From the NCBI GenBank assembly GCA_040110925.1, contig JBDSYV010000149.1, forward strand, positions 1 through 56,144: a stretch of DNA of 56,144 nt, written 5' to 3'. Within the stretch, counting starts at the first letter, position 1. Each line of letters opens with the position of its first letter. Below, one piece after another: positions 16,236 to 26,912 of the stretch. This DNA comes from Ferruginibacter sp. (GTDB lineage: Bacteria > Bacteroidota > Bacteroidia > Chitinophagales > Chitinophagaceae). The translations under genes were made by a program, and so were the position numbers. The notes under the pieces are model-generated. The model did not search any database. It saw only the letters and a program-made list of their open reading frames with translations, and was not told where the DNA came from.

Positions 16236-17573
16236 ATGAACGTTAAATTAGCTCTGAAATATTTGTTCCATTTTACATCAGATTCAGAAATGCTGCTGCG
16301 ACTGCAGCGGGAAACTTTTGATTATTTTATTGATGAAAAAAATTGCAAAAATGGACTCATAGCTGATAAAACGGCAGTTGGCTGGCCGTCAAGTATCGCA
16401 GTAACCGGGTTAGCCATAAATGTATTCATAATAGGTGTGGAACGGGGTTATATTAGCCGGGAGGAAGCAAGGAGAAGAGTTTTACAATCATTGAGATTTC
16501 TGCATTCAAGCCAGCAAGGGCTGGAGCCCGATGCAACAGGATATAAAGGTTTCTACTACCATTTTCTTAGTATGGAAACCGGCAAAAGGATGTGGGATTG
16601 TGAATTATCAACTATTGATACTGCAATATTGATAGCCGGAATACTGACGGCAAGGCATTATTTTACGCTTAATAATGTGGAGGAAGAAGAACTCCGGCTT
16701 TTGGGAGACAAACTATATGAACGGGTAGATTGGGACTGGGCACGAAACGGAGAGGCTACACTTACACATGGCTGGACACCTGAAGCAGGCTTCTTTGATC
16801 AAAGATGGGATAATGGTTACAGTGAGGCGCATATTCTGTATATCCTTGCCTTGGGATCACCAACCCATCCTATCAGCGAGGTGGGGTACCAGGAGTGGCT
16901 AGCTTCTTTCGAATGGAAAAATGTTTATGGCATTGAATATTTATATGCAGGCCCGCTTTTCATTCATCAAATGTCGCATCAGTGGCTTGATTTAAGTGGT
17001 ATTTATGATAGCAGCAATACAAAATATGGTATAGATTATTTTGAGAATAGCCGCAGAGCCGTGAATGTTCATTATCAATATGCTCTTAAAAACCCAATGG
17101 GTTTCAACCGGTATGGAAAATATGTATGGGGACTTACAGCATGTGATGGGCCAGGCCCAGCCAGCTAAACAGTGAAGGGTGTGCAAAGAACTTTCTATGA
17201 TTATATTGCACGTGTAGCGCCGTATTGCCCCGATGATGGTACGATTTCGCCATGGGTATGTATCACTTCATTACCGTTTGCTCCGAAGATAGTACTAAGA
17301 GCAATCAGAACCGTTATGGGAATAATTATACTTCTATTTGGTAAAAACAAGGGATTCCAGGCCAGTTTCAATGCCAGCTTTCAAAAAAAAGGAGATAATC
17401 CTTTTGGGTGGTTATCACCCTGGCAGTTCGGACTGAACCGGGGGCCGGGCGTCATAATGATAGAAAATTACCTGTCTGGACATACGTGGAAAATTTTCAA
17501 ACATTGTCCTCACATAATTTCAGGGCTGCGCAAAACGGGATTTAAGGGCGGTTGGCTAGTGGGGGTAAAATGA
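16236..17573 (+). pseudogene. Glucoamylase-family (GH144-like beta-1,2-glucanase) gene with an internal stop
   Basis: GYKGFYYHF, ELSTIDTA, YAGPLFIHQ and WGLTACDGP motifs; TAA at 17166-17168 is in frame with the downstream ORF 17172..17573 (PDDGTISPW). Confidence 0.8.
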
Positions 17574-18072
17574 AATCTTTTTTTGCAATATACTGTTTTT
17601 CACAAAACATAAATTTAAACTTCTAAAAGAACGTTTTCAATGAAGCTCAAATAATTTTTAAATAATTGTTTCATCGGTGCTCCCAGCTGCAAGGCAAACT
17701 GCCGAAATTGACTAATTGCTTAAACTTTTCCATTTTAATAATTTTAGAGATCAAATAAATTGCAGTTAAGGAACAAAAACAAAACATCGGCATACCTTAT
17801 CATTTCAAAGGCTTCAAGTTCAACCCTATGATTACAGGAGCTGCCATGGTATTGAGTAGCGTGAGTAGGATTCAGTTTACGATTGAAATTGCTGAAGCTA
17901 TAATGCCAACAAAGATGTAACTCTTTTATATTTTAGAATAACTACAAAATGAGGGATTTAATCATATTTGGTTGTTAAGTTTTCTTTGCACGAAATACGC
18001 AATGAATGGCGCAGGATAGTACAAGATTGTTTTCACCGGAAGATTAAGCAGGATAACTCTGAGGTGAAAAAA

Positions 18073-18507
18073 TTATACCATATCATGTTTATACAGGAAC
18101 GGGATAATAAAAATTGAACAAGCCCCGGTTATGCAAATGATACCTATTAATAATTCCCTGAATTCCTTAGAAATTATCGGATCAGCTGATCGTTGAATTG
18201 ACATTGTAGCTACTACCATTAATATGGTGGACAGAATTGCAGCAAGCTGGAAAATGAGCGTTCCTTGTTTAAAAAAATGATGAAATAAGTAAAATATTAA
18301 TCCCGCTATGGTAACCATAAGGATTACAATAAAAATAATGGTAGAAACATTAATGATCTCTGACAAAGGAAATCCTACTGTGCTCCTGAACCATGAATTA
18401 TAAATCAGGCCCAGCACTGTGGCTGTAATGCCTGCAAAAACTCCGGCTAAAAGTGATTTTGAAAATTCAGTTGATTCATAATCATGGTTCATATTCTTGT
18501 TATGCAT
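18073..18507 (-). CDS. Hypothetical 4-TM membrane protein
   Basis: 144 aa with four hydrophobic segments. Confidence 0.7.
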   Translation of the reverse strand: MHNKNMNHDYESTEFSKSLLAGVFAGITATVLGLIYNSWFRSTVGFPLSEIINVSTIIFIVILMVTIAGLIFYLFHHFFKQGTLIFQLAAILSTILMVVATMSIQRSADPIISKEFRELLIGIICITGACSIFIIPFLYKHDMV

Positions 18508-19054
18508 ATAATTTTATTTTATAAAAAGAGGAATAAGGTAAAGGTACTCAGGGGATGTTAGCAAGTTATTAAAGGAAGATTAGAAAGTGATTAAAATGCA
18601 ACGGTTTTACCTTCATCCTGAGAATGCTCGGTACACTAACGATATAAAAAATAAAATCAATGCCATTTTAACCTTCTTAGTAAATATAATTTATTAAGTT
18701 TGTGCCATGTTCAGTAATGCAATAAATAGTAATGCCTCCTTTACGGTTTCCCAACACATAATCGTGCTGGATACCCGTGATTGCTTTACCTGTTCCTTTA
18801 CTGAGTTTCTCCCTTTTAATTCTGATATGTACTATTATTCCAGTTTTAAAGCCTACAAAACACTTAGCCGGTCTTAAGAAAATCGTCTTCAGCTATCGGC
18901 GGGATTTCTTCCCAACCAAATTATCATTAAGATTTTATTTATCATCAGCACTGCCATTTTTTGGTATAGACAGCCTTGATTTTTATATGGTGTAGATGCT
19001 ACAAATGCCTTAGCTGATGCCGGGCATAATTTGTTAAAAATTAAAAACGTTGCA

Positions 19055-19237
19055 ATGTCACAAAAAGAAAAAGAGGTAACCCTTAACGGGTCCATTTTAC
19101 TTACTTTTTTATTGCTGAATGTTATAGTGCTGCGGCACGCTTTTTTAAACAACCAAAACTGGTATTGGGTTTTATTGATCTTACTCCCTTGCCTTTTGAT
19201 TGCTTTAAGCTATACCCGGCAAAAGAAAAACTGGTAA
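19055..19237 (+). CDS. Small 2-TM membrane protein
   Basis: MSQKEKEVTLNGSILLTFLLLNVIVLRHAFLNNQNWYWVLLILLPCLLIAL...; upstream of rnk. The ATG at 19055 is preferred over the TTG at 19031. Confidence 0.55.
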   Translation: MSQKEKEVTLNGSILLTFLLLNVIVLRHAFLNNQNWYWVLLILLPCLLIALSYTRQKKNW

Positions 19238-19278
19238 AATATGTCTTAACAAAATTATCATCACTTAAATTAAAATAA

Positions 19279-19704
19279 ATGAAAAATACATCCAAGCCAC
19301 CAGGAAATACGCTGATAATAGCAGAGGAAGATTATGAAACAATAAACAATTACGTGAATGGCCTGAATTGGGTGCACAGCTTTGATAAAAAGAATGCAGC
19401 CTTATTGAAGGAAGAGTTAAAAAAAGCAACATTAGTAAAAAAAGATGACTTGCCGCAGGATGTAGTAGGGCTAAATTCGAGAGTCATTATTAAAGACAAG
19501 GAACGAAATAAATTATTAGACTTAGTATTGGTTGTGCCGGAATTAGCAGATATCAAACAGGGGAGAATTTCAGTTTTTGCCCCCATCGGTACAGCATTGA
19601 TTGGATTCAGGCAGGGCACTAAAATAAAATGGGAAGTCCCTTCCGGGAATAAAACATTTACAATATTGGAGGTATATAACCCTCAAAAACAAGAAAAATT
19701 TTAA
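19279..19704 (+). CDS. rnk: GreA/GreB family, regulator of nucleoside diphosphate kinase (Rnk)
   Basis: LKEELKKATLV...DVVGLNSRV...ISVFAPIGTALIGFRQG; short N-terminal coiled-coil as in Rnk. Confidence 0.85.
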   Translation: MKNTSKPPGNTLIIAEEDYETINNYVNGLNWVHSFDKKNAALLKEELKKATLVKKDDLPQDVVGLNSRVIIKDKERNKLLDLVLVVPELADIKQGRISVFAPIGTALIGFRQGTKIKWEVPSGNKTFTILEVYNPQKQEKF

Positions 19705-19714
19705 ATTAAAAATC

Positions 19715-19882
19715 ATGGATTTGATAATGATAATAATAATTGTAGCATTTATGCTTTCAATTATCTGGGTCTTTAAAAAGAATAGGGCGGAAAAAAGGAA
19801 AGATGAGGAAATACTCAATAAATATTATGAGCAGCGAAGAAAATTAAAATTTGGAGGGCTTAAAACCGGTACCAAATCATAA
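19715..19882 (+). CDS. Unannotated 55-aa single-TM protein
   Basis: Translated by hand: MDLIMIIIIVAFMLSIIWVFKKNRAEKRKDEEILNKYYEQRRKLKFGGLKTGTKS*; 10 bp after rnk. Confidence 0.5.
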   Translation: MDLIMIIIIVAFMLSIIWVFKKNRAEKRKDEEILNKYYEQRRKLKFGGLKTGTKS

Positions 19883-19943
19883 AGAGTATAATCGCCTGTT
19901 CCATAAATTGGGTAGTGAAAATAAATCATAAAAAAAGAATCAC

Positions 19944-20354
19944 TTGCTTAAACTACCAGGTATCATATGTTGGCTGGCCTCAGGGGTTATATTTATATCT
20001 ACTTATTTAGCAGATAATTATTCCTTGCGTTCATATGCCAGCTATTTTCCAGGCTATAACAATGAACACAATACCGCTTTTATTCCAGGCTTGCCAGGAA
20101 AACTGATAAACATTTCCAGGCAAGGTTCCCAGGTTAATACAACCCCCTATTTTCATTTTGATTCCTTTATATCGTCAGTATGTTTTTCTGTGGGATCCGG
20201 AAGTAACCTACCCACAACACTTGATTCATTTATTTCCCCGGTTTTAAAATACCGGATACAGTTAAGCCCTCCAGGGAAAAAGCTTCCCAGTTACAGGGTG
20301 GATAATTATAAGAGAACATTAGCATTGATTTATCCCTATCATAGCTTTTGGTGA
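19944..20354 (+). CDS. Hypothetical protein
   Basis: 136 aa, TTG start, N-terminal hydrophobic segment, ends IYPYHSFW. Confidence 0.4.
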   Translation: MLKLPGIICWLASGVIFISTYLADNYSLRSYASYFPGYNNEHNTAFIPGLPGKLINISRQGSQVNTTPYFHFDSFISSVCFSVGSGSNLPTTLDSFISPVLKYRIQLSPPGKKLPSYRVDNYKRTLALIYPYHSFW

Positions 20355-20458
20355 TATACTGCTTTTCATTTTCTAAATTCATCTGGTAGCATCATTCGCT
20401 GCAAATATTCATTTTTACTAACATTATCATAGTCATACTATGGTTACAATATATTGTT

Positions 20459-21025
20459 ATGGCATCCACATTAATTATTGCGTTTCTAATGATAACTGCA
20501 GTAGCTGTTTTGATACTGTCGTTAAAATACTTTCAAAAAAAAGCACACACTAAAAAGCTTAATGAAGAAAAAAGTTTTATTACGGATATCGTGTGGAAAA
20601 ACAAACTTGAACTGGCTGAAAAAGAAATAATAAACGGTTGTTTTTTTGGTATTGACACGGTGAACTTTGTATTGCTTTACATAAGTTTTCATAAGGAAAG
20701 CCCGGAGGTACATCTTATTAATTTATGGGACGTAAACGCTGTTAAGCCAGCAACCCTAACCTTTGACATATGGGAACAAAGAAAAGGGAAAGCTATATTG
20801 GCTGGCAAAGAAGTTGATAAATTATTTGTGGAAATATCTTTCAGCAATGACCCTAAAAATCTACCGTTAATGGTATATCAACTGGAGGATGGCATGCAGG
20901 ATTTATCTGTTCTAAAGCAGAGGGCAGATTATTGGGCCAAACTCATTAATAAATGTATCCATGAAATTCCGAAACAACCTAAACCCAGTTATTCAAAAAA
21001 AAGGAATGTGTTATTAATTAAGTAA
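20459..21025 (+). CDS. Hypothetical membrane-anchored protein
   Basis: 188 aa; N-terminal TM helix followed by a soluble, mostly beta domain. Confidence 0.7.
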   Translation: MASTLIIAFLMITAVAVLILSLKYFQKKAHTKKLNEEKSFITDIVWKNKLELAEKEIINGCFFGIDTVNFVLLYISFHKESPEVHLINLWDVNAVKPATLTFDIWEQRKGKAILAGKEVDKLFVEISFSNDPKNLPLMVYQLEDGMQDLSVLKQRADYWAKLINKCIHEIPKQPKPSYSKKRNVLLIK

Positions 21026-21822
21026 GGATTCCTGGAAAAGATTTCTAAAAGTTACAAATTCTTAGATATAATAATCATTCCTATATACGCAAGGGCCCCG
21101 GATTACCCAAACAGTTCCTTGAGAAATGTTTTTTGAAGAAAGGTGGGAGGGAATTTTAAAGTAATTAATACAAGAGATAAAAAATGACCCGGTTATTTAC
21201 CGGTTTTTTTTACTTTGGTTATTATAGTCCCGGAGAATTTTAATACATACTAGCCACGGTGGAAACATAGAGCAACTTTACTCTTGGATATAACTCCACA
21301 AGATCATCTTCAACTTACCAAGTGGCCACTATTTTGATTTAACTAAAACCAGCTTTTTGGGATTTAATTTATCCTGCATGTACATGGGTTGAAATTTGGA
21401 TAACAAGCGTAAAGCTATAGAAAATGAAAGGGGATAATTGGTAAGGAAAGGAATAAATTATTGGTGGAATATTTTAGAGAAAATATGAAAGGAAGTAAAT
21501 AATTGAAGAAATAAATAAGGTATTAGTACCTGAACTAGTTATGATTAAATAAGGCATTTTGAAGGGTTGGGAAGTCAGAACTTTTAGCTGACTCCCGATC
21601 AAACCATTTTATATTATGTGGCTTAATGAAATTTTATTTGACTAATGACCTGCTATACAAGGTAATTTTAAGTAAGTAAAATTACTTGTTGCGAAAGACG
21701 GTGATATTAACTTAAATCACGATACTTCTTGAACTTTGTTAGTTTCCTGTGGCCCTAATTTTATCGCTGCCTTTTGACACCCTATTATCTTCAGTATTAA
21801 AGAGAGAAAATGGATAATTTTA

Positions 21823-21865
21823 TTTAGGATATATTTGTCCGAAATAGATTTTAGTGGTACTTTTG
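21823..21865 (+). promoter_or_regulatory. Promoter with putative Rrf2 operator for the oxidase operon
   Basis: Imperfect palindrome TTTAGGATA-tatt-TGTCCGAAA (21823-21844) upstream of the -7 box TACTTTTG (21858-21865). A related site lies at 26409-26430, before rrf2. Confidence 0.55.
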
Positions 21866-21890
21866 CATATTCAATTAATCAAGAATAAAT

Positions 21891-23708
21891 ATGAAGCATT
21901 TAAAATCATGTATAGTGTTACTGGCTGTTTTTCTTTGCTGCAACCCCGCTTATAGCCAGGCTACACAAAATGGTAAGTCTTTTTTGACACAACCCGGCAT
22001 CATTATCACTGTCATACTCATTTTAATCCCCATACTGGCAGGCCTGCTTATCTTTTCTTTAAGATTGAAAAAAGTAGTAGATAAAGTAAAAGAGGGCAGT
22101 GACAAAGATGAAGCAACACGTTTTGCCAATTACCTTGCTAACCTGGAAGGTGATGAAATTGACACCGTTCTGGAAAATAAAAAAAAAGCAGAAGCCTTCA
22201 AGTTGGCAAACAATGAATTAAGTGGTGATCTTGCTCCATCAGATGAAAAGGGATTGATTACCCATGTTAGTGAACGGACAAATATGGGTTTTGTGCCTAC
22301 TAAAAAAAAAGCCCTGAAACGCCCGAACATTGACCGCCAATTATCAAAATTAATTTTATGGTTTTTAGTGAGTGCAACAGGCTGGCTGCTGTTTGGCACA
22401 ACGGTCGGGGAATACCTCGGTATTAAATTCGTGGCACCGGATGTGGACCACTTAAGTTGGTTAAGTTTTGGCAGGCTGAGGCCCGTACATACGAACGCCG
22501 TGTTTTGGGGCTGGAGCTCTTTAGGTATGTTGGGCCTGGGTTACTATGTAATACCAATGGTAAGCAATACCAAAATTGCGAGCCTCAAATTGGGCTGGTA
22601 TTCGTTGTACTTAATCAATGCGGCTGTAATTTTAGGAAGCCTCTGTCTTATGGCCGGCATTAATAATGGTGGTGGGGAGTACCGGGAATATATATGGCCG
22701 GTTATGGGCCTGTTTGCGTTAGCACTGGTGCTTACGCTGATTAATTTTTTAAAAACGATAGCCAACAGGACCACTAAAGAAATATATGTCTCCAACTGGT
22801 ACATGGTAGCCTCCGTCATATTTACCATTATAATTGTTTTGGTTGCTTATTTACCGTTTTGGCAGGATGGCCTGGGCGAAACTATTGCGCAAGGATACTA
22901 TATGCACCAGGGTGTGGGCATGTGGTTCATGCTTTTTAGTCTTGGGTTGGTATATTATTTTTTACCACAGCAATTAAACAAACCAATCTATTCTTATAGT
23001 TTGGGTATTATGGCATTTTGGGCCCAGATACTTTTTTATACGGTCATCGGTACTCACCATTTTGTTTTTAGTTCTATACCCTGGTGGTTGCAAACTGTAG
23101 CCATTGTGGGCAGTGTGGGTATGATTATTCCGGTAGTAGCAGGCACTGCTAATTTCCTTCTCACCTTCAACGGTTCCTGGTACAAAATAGGCAGTAGTTA
23201 TACCCTGCCTTTTTATCTTGTAGGTATTATATTTTATTTTACCGGGTCTATGCAGGGCACGGCAGAAGCATTTCGCTCAACCAACCTGGTGTGGCATTTT
23301 ACCGATTTTACAGTGGCCCACTCTCATTTAACCATGTATGGTATTATTGCTTTTTTGTTATGGGCTTCTATCTATGCAGTAGTGCCTAGGCTTACGGGTA
23401 AAGAGCCTTCGCATACCTGGGTGGGTGTACACTTCTGGATGGCATTGATTGGCTTACTTTTTTACACGGTGCCCCTCATGGTCGGCTCCACATTAAAAGG
23501 CATGATGTGGCAGGACGGAAAGCCATTTATTGATAGTGTTGAAATGATGTTTCCATATTGGCTCTGGCGGGCAATAGGCGGTACCATGATGTGGTTATCG
23601 CATATTGTTTTTGCTTACAACATGTATAAAATGATCATGGGCAAAGAGGAAATTAATATTCGCAAAGAGGGTGTGGAACTGCTAAAACAATTGCAGCCGG
23701 GAACATAA
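21891..23708 (+). CDS. ccoN: Divergent cbb3-type haem-copper oxidase subunit I with N-terminal extension
   Basis: FGRLRPVHTN, YYMHQGVG, YTVIGTHH and FTVAHSH supply the six His ligands; about 12 TM helices; ~150-aa extra N-terminus. Confidence 0.85.
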   Translation: MKHLKSCIVLLAVFLCCNPAYSQATQNGKSFLTQPGIIITVILILIPILAGLLIFSLRLKKVVDKVKEGSDKDEATRFANYLANLEGDEIDTVLENKKKAEAFKLANNELSGDLAPSDEKGLITHVSERTNMGFVPTKKKALKRPNIDRQLSKLILWFLVSATGWLLFGTTVGEYLGIKFVAPDVDHLSWLSFGRLRPVHTNAVFWGWSSLGMLGLGYYVIPMVSNTKIASLKLGWYSLYLINAAVILGSLCLMAGINNGGGEYREYIWPVMGLFALALVLTLINFLKTIANRTTKEIYVSNWYMVASVIFTIIIVLVAYLPFWQDGLGETIAQGYYMHQGVGMWFMLFSLGLVYYFLPQQLNKPIYSYSLGIMAFWAQILFYTVIGTHHFVFSSIPWWLQTVAIVGSVGMIIPVVAGTANFLLTFNGSWYKIGSSYTLPFYLVGIIFYFTGSMQGTAEAFRSTNLVWHFTDFTVAHSHLTMYGIIAFLLWASIYAVVPRLTGKEPSHTWVGVHFWMALIGLLFYTVPLMVGSTLKGMMWQDGKPFIDSVEMMFPYWLWRAIGGTMMWLSHIVFAYNMYKMIMGKEEINIRKEGVELLKQLQPGT

Positions 23709-23878
23709 TTTTTTCTATGCAGCCGGAAGCAGGGCTGCTATAGGGCTTTTGTTGCAATCCAAAATTTGTCGTTTTTTTTCACTGGCGAAAAAAATAAAAA
23801 ATAATTACCCGGCTACGACCAGTTCATTAGGCAACAAATAAAATCCAGGTATCAATTATAAAAAAGTAATAAATAAAA

Positions 23879-24883
23879 ATGGACATATTCAGCAATCATA
23901 AAAGATTATACACCACGGCCACTTTAATGTTTGTAGCGCTTACCATTTTCGTGGCTGTTTTACCGGCTCTCAATAACCAAAAAAACAATCATCCCTTACC
24001 GGGTAGCGAGTCTTTAACAGCAGCACAACAGAACGGGAAAAATGTGTACATCGCCAATGGCTGTGTAGGATGCCATACACAACAGGTTCGCAATGTTGAT
24101 ATGGATAAAACATGGGGTTCCAGGCCCAGCATTGCTGCCGACTATGCCGGCAACAAACGCATCAGCACCTGGATAAATACAGCCACCTTAATGGGTACAG
24201 AACGCACCGGGCCCGACCTGACGAACATTGGCACCAGGCAATCCAGTATCGACTGGCAGTTGCTGCATTTATACCAACCCAGGGCCGTTGTTCATCAATC
24301 CATCATGCCATCTTATAGTTTTTTATTTGAAATAAAAAAACACCCCGCCAAAAATGATGTGGTTGTAAATGTTCCGGAGAAATATTTTGATACGGCTCAA
24401 GGAAAAATTGTTGCAACAAAGGAAGCACTGGATTTGGTGGCATACCTGCTGTCATTGAAACAAGTTAAACTGCCCGATGGTACACCAGACCCTGATTTTC
24501 TATACAAGCGGCAACAAAAAACGGGTGCGGCGAATACAAAAAATACAGGAGAATTAAATGGAGTAGCATTATACAGCGCCAATTGTCAAAGTTGCCACCA
24601 GGAAAACGGCGAAGGGCTCAAAGGTGCATTTCCTCCACTTAAAGGAAGCTCCATTGTAAATAACGACAACCCCGAAATAATGATCAATATCATTATGAAG
24701 GGGTATGACGCAAGACAGGATTATGGCGTAATGCCGCCAGTGGGTACCAACAGTAATTTAATGCCAGAAGAGGTAGCAGCAATCATAAATCATGAGCGCA
24801 GTAGCTGGGGAAATAATGCCAGGAAAATACCGGTAGAAGAAGTGCAGAAAATAATGGATTTTATTAAAAAAGAAACCAAATAA
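23879..24883 (+). CDS. ccoO: cbb3-type subunit II (CcoO) fused to a second cytochrome c domain
   Basis: GCVGCHTQQVR, RTGPDL and SIMPSY (CcoO motifs), plus a second haem motif CQSCH...FPPL...VMPP. Confidence 0.85.
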   Translation: MDIFSNHKRLYTTATLMFVALTIFVAVLPALNNQKNNHPLPGSESLTAAQQNGKNVYIANGCVGCHTQQVRNVDMDKTWGSRPSIAADYAGNKRISTWINTATLMGTERTGPDLTNIGTRQSSIDWQLLHLYQPRAVVHQSIMPSYSFLFEIKKHPAKNDVVVNVPEKYFDTAQGKIVATKEALDLVAYLLSLKQVKLPDGTPDPDFLYKRQQKTGAANTKNTGELNGVALYSANCQSCHQENGEGLKGAFPPLKGSSIVNNDNPEIMINIIMKGYDARQDYGVMPPVGTNSNLMPEEVAAIINHERSSWGNNARKIPVEEVQKIMDFIKKETK

Positions 24884-24884
24884 T

Positions 24885-25157
24885 ATGAAAAAGAATATAC
24901 TGCTGGTCCTCTTTTTAATAATTTGTCAAAGGGCTTCCACTTGCCCGGTATGCGAAAAAAGCCAGCCCCGGATATTTAGAGGTATAACCCATGGTATAGG
25001 GCCGCAAAGTAACTGGGATTTTGTGATTATTGCAATAGTTACGATTATTACAACATTTTGTCTTTATCTAAGCATCTGGTATTTATATAAACCCGGAGAA
25101 AAAAATATTAACCATATTAAAAACAGCATTTTTAATACTACAGAATATGGAAGATAA
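24885..25157 (+). CDS. Small membrane protein with CPVC motif
   Basis: 90 aa; signal-like N-terminus, CPVCEK...THG and one TM helix; within the oxidase operon. Confidence 0.7.
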   Translation: MKKNILLVLFLIICQRASTCPVCEKSQPRIFRGITHGIGPQSNWDFVIIAIVTIITTFCLYLSIWYLYKPGEKNINHIKNSIFNTTEYGR

Positions 25158-25548
25158 AAGCACCATAACTATTTTTATAGATAACGAACTCCAACCCATT
25201 GCTTCATTTGCTACACCGGTAAACTTTGAACTGGATACCCGTAAGTTAACAGATGGAGAACATGTGTTGACTATTGTAAGTAAAGATGTAACAGGAAAAG
25301 AAGGCGTACGAAAAATTCCTTTCGTAGTGCGTAACGGCCCTGCAGTAGCTATTGAAGGTTTAAAAGAGCACGATATTGTTGATGGCATTGTGCCACTGAT
25401 GATAAACGCTTACGGAAAAGGCCACCAAAAGAAATTTATTATTGAAGGTAGTGAAACACCACAGAGTGTACCATCATGGATATGGATATTGCTTATTGCA
25501 TTTGCCTGCTGGGCAGTTTACTATTTCGTTACCAACTTTTCAATTTAA
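25147..25548 (+). CDS. Oxidase-operon accessory protein (beta-rich domain + C-terminal TM)
   Basis: 133 aa; overlaps the previous gene; has no CxxCH motif. Confidence 0.75.
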   Translation: MEDKSTITIFIDNELQPIASFATPVNFELDTRKLTDGEHVLTIVSKDVTGKEGVRKIPFVVRNGPAVAIEGLKEHDIVDGIVPLMINAYGKGHQKKFIIEGSETPQSVPSWIWILLIAFACWAVYYFVTNFSI

Positions 25549-25561
25549 GTATAGTAAAACA

Positions 25562-25960
25562 ATGGAAGCAAAAAAAGATATTACATGCATTGATGATATC
25601 AAATTAATGGTAGATGATTTTTACAATAAAGTAAAAATGGATCACTTATTATCTCCCATCTTTTTTGAACATATCCCTGCCGATTGGCAACCACATCTGG
25701 AAAAAATGTACCTGTTCTGGAATGCAGCACTATTTGGCGAAAAAGGGTATGTGGGTAATCCATTTTCCAAACATGCAAAAATGAATACCATCACGCCTGT
25801 ACATTTTGAAAGATGGCTGTTCCTTTTTAAGCAAACGATTGATGCCCATTTTTTCGGTAGCATGGCTGACGATGCAAAATGGAGGGCTTCTATTATGGCC
25901 GATAATTTTATGCGGCGTTTAAATTCAATAAAAGAAAACAATGCAATAACAATCGTATAA
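25562..25960 (+). CDS. Group III truncated haemoglobin
   Basis: From the ATG at 25562 (MEAKKDI): FYNKV..D.LLSPIF, WQPHLEKMYLFW, HFERWLFLF, AKWRA. Confidence 0.88.
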   Translation: MEAKKDITCIDDIKLMVDDFYNKVKMDHLLSPIFFEHIPADWQPHLEKMYLFWNAALFGEKGYVGNPFSKHAKMNTITPVHFERWLFLFKQTIDAHFFGSMADDAKWRASIMADNFMRRLNSIKENNAITIV

Positions 25961-25977
25961 GTTAGCATAATAAGAAT

Positions 25978-26346
25978 ATGATCAAACATGATATTGAAAC
26001 GGAAAGGGATATAACAAATCTCGTTCATCAGTTTTATGCAAAAGTGCGTAAAGATGATTTGCTTGCTCCCGTTTTTAACTCAATTATAAAGGAAAATTGG
26101 GAGCGGCACCTGCAGATTATGTGCAATTTCTGGAGTACAATTTTATTGTACTCAAAAAAATATTTAAACGATCCTATGGCTAAACATTTATCTATGCCAT
26201 TGGAGAAAAAACATTTTGATAAATGGCTGTTACTTTTTGAAGAAACAATTGATGAACTGTTTTCCGGAAGCACAGCCACAGATGCTAAAAACAGGGCAAA
26301 CAATATTGCAAGGATTATGAAAAGCGTTAAACAAATTCCGTTGTAA
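25978..26346 (+). CDS. Group III truncated haemoglobin (second copy)
   Basis: FYAKVRKDDLLAPVF, WERHLQIMCNFW, HFDKWLLLF, AKNRA. Confidence 0.88.
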   Translation: MIKHDIETERDITNLVHQFYAKVRKDDLLAPVFNSIIKENWERHLQIMCNFWSTILLYSKKYLNDPMAKHLSMPLEKKHFDKWLLLFEETIDELFSGSTATDAKNRANNIARIMKSVKQIPL

Positions 26347-26433
26347 AATATTTCGGGTAACTGGCGACTGCAAATCAATGGTAAGTAGAGAGCCTGGTTT
26401 TTCTGTAAATTCGGACTAAATAATCGAAAAATA

Positions 26434-26883
26434 ATGATTTCAAAAGCCTGCCAGTATGCATTAAGAGCTGTAGTATTTTTAGCATCAAAAGCTGATGATA
26501 AAGTAAAACTAAACGTGAAACAGATCGCAAAAGAGATTGATGCCCCCGAAGCATTTACGGCTAAAACCTTGCAGCTGCTCAATAAACATAAAATCATCAC
26601 TTCGCTTAAAGGGCCTTATGGCGGCTTTTTTATTGAGGCCTACCAGATGAACACGCCGATCATTGATATAGTTCATGCAATTGATGGCCTGCAGATATTC
26701 TCGGCATGTGGCTTTGGCTTAAAACAATGCTCAGCCACGCATCCCTGTGCCTTTCATGATACGTATGCTGTTTTAAGAAACACGATGCAAAAAGCTTTTC
26801 AAAAAACAACAGTCAGGAAGCTGGCAAAAAATATTGAAGACGGCACACACTTTTTATCAAGTATGAAAAAGAAGAAAAGCTGA
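26434..26883 (+). CDS. Rrf2 family Fe-S transcriptional regulator
   Basis: SKACQYALRA, SLKGPYGGF and the three-Cys motif CGFGLKQCSATHPC. Confidence 0.9.
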   Translation: MISKACQYALRAVVFLASKADDKVKLNVKQIAKEIDAPEAFTAKTLQLLNKHKIITSLKGPYGGFFIEAYQMNTPIIDIVHAIDGLQIFSACGFGLKQCSATHPCAFHDTYAVLRNTMQKAFQKTTVRKLAKNIEDGTHFLSSMKKKKS

Positions 26884-26912
26884 GTACAGAAAGAAATAAT
26901 ATCTACATTACT

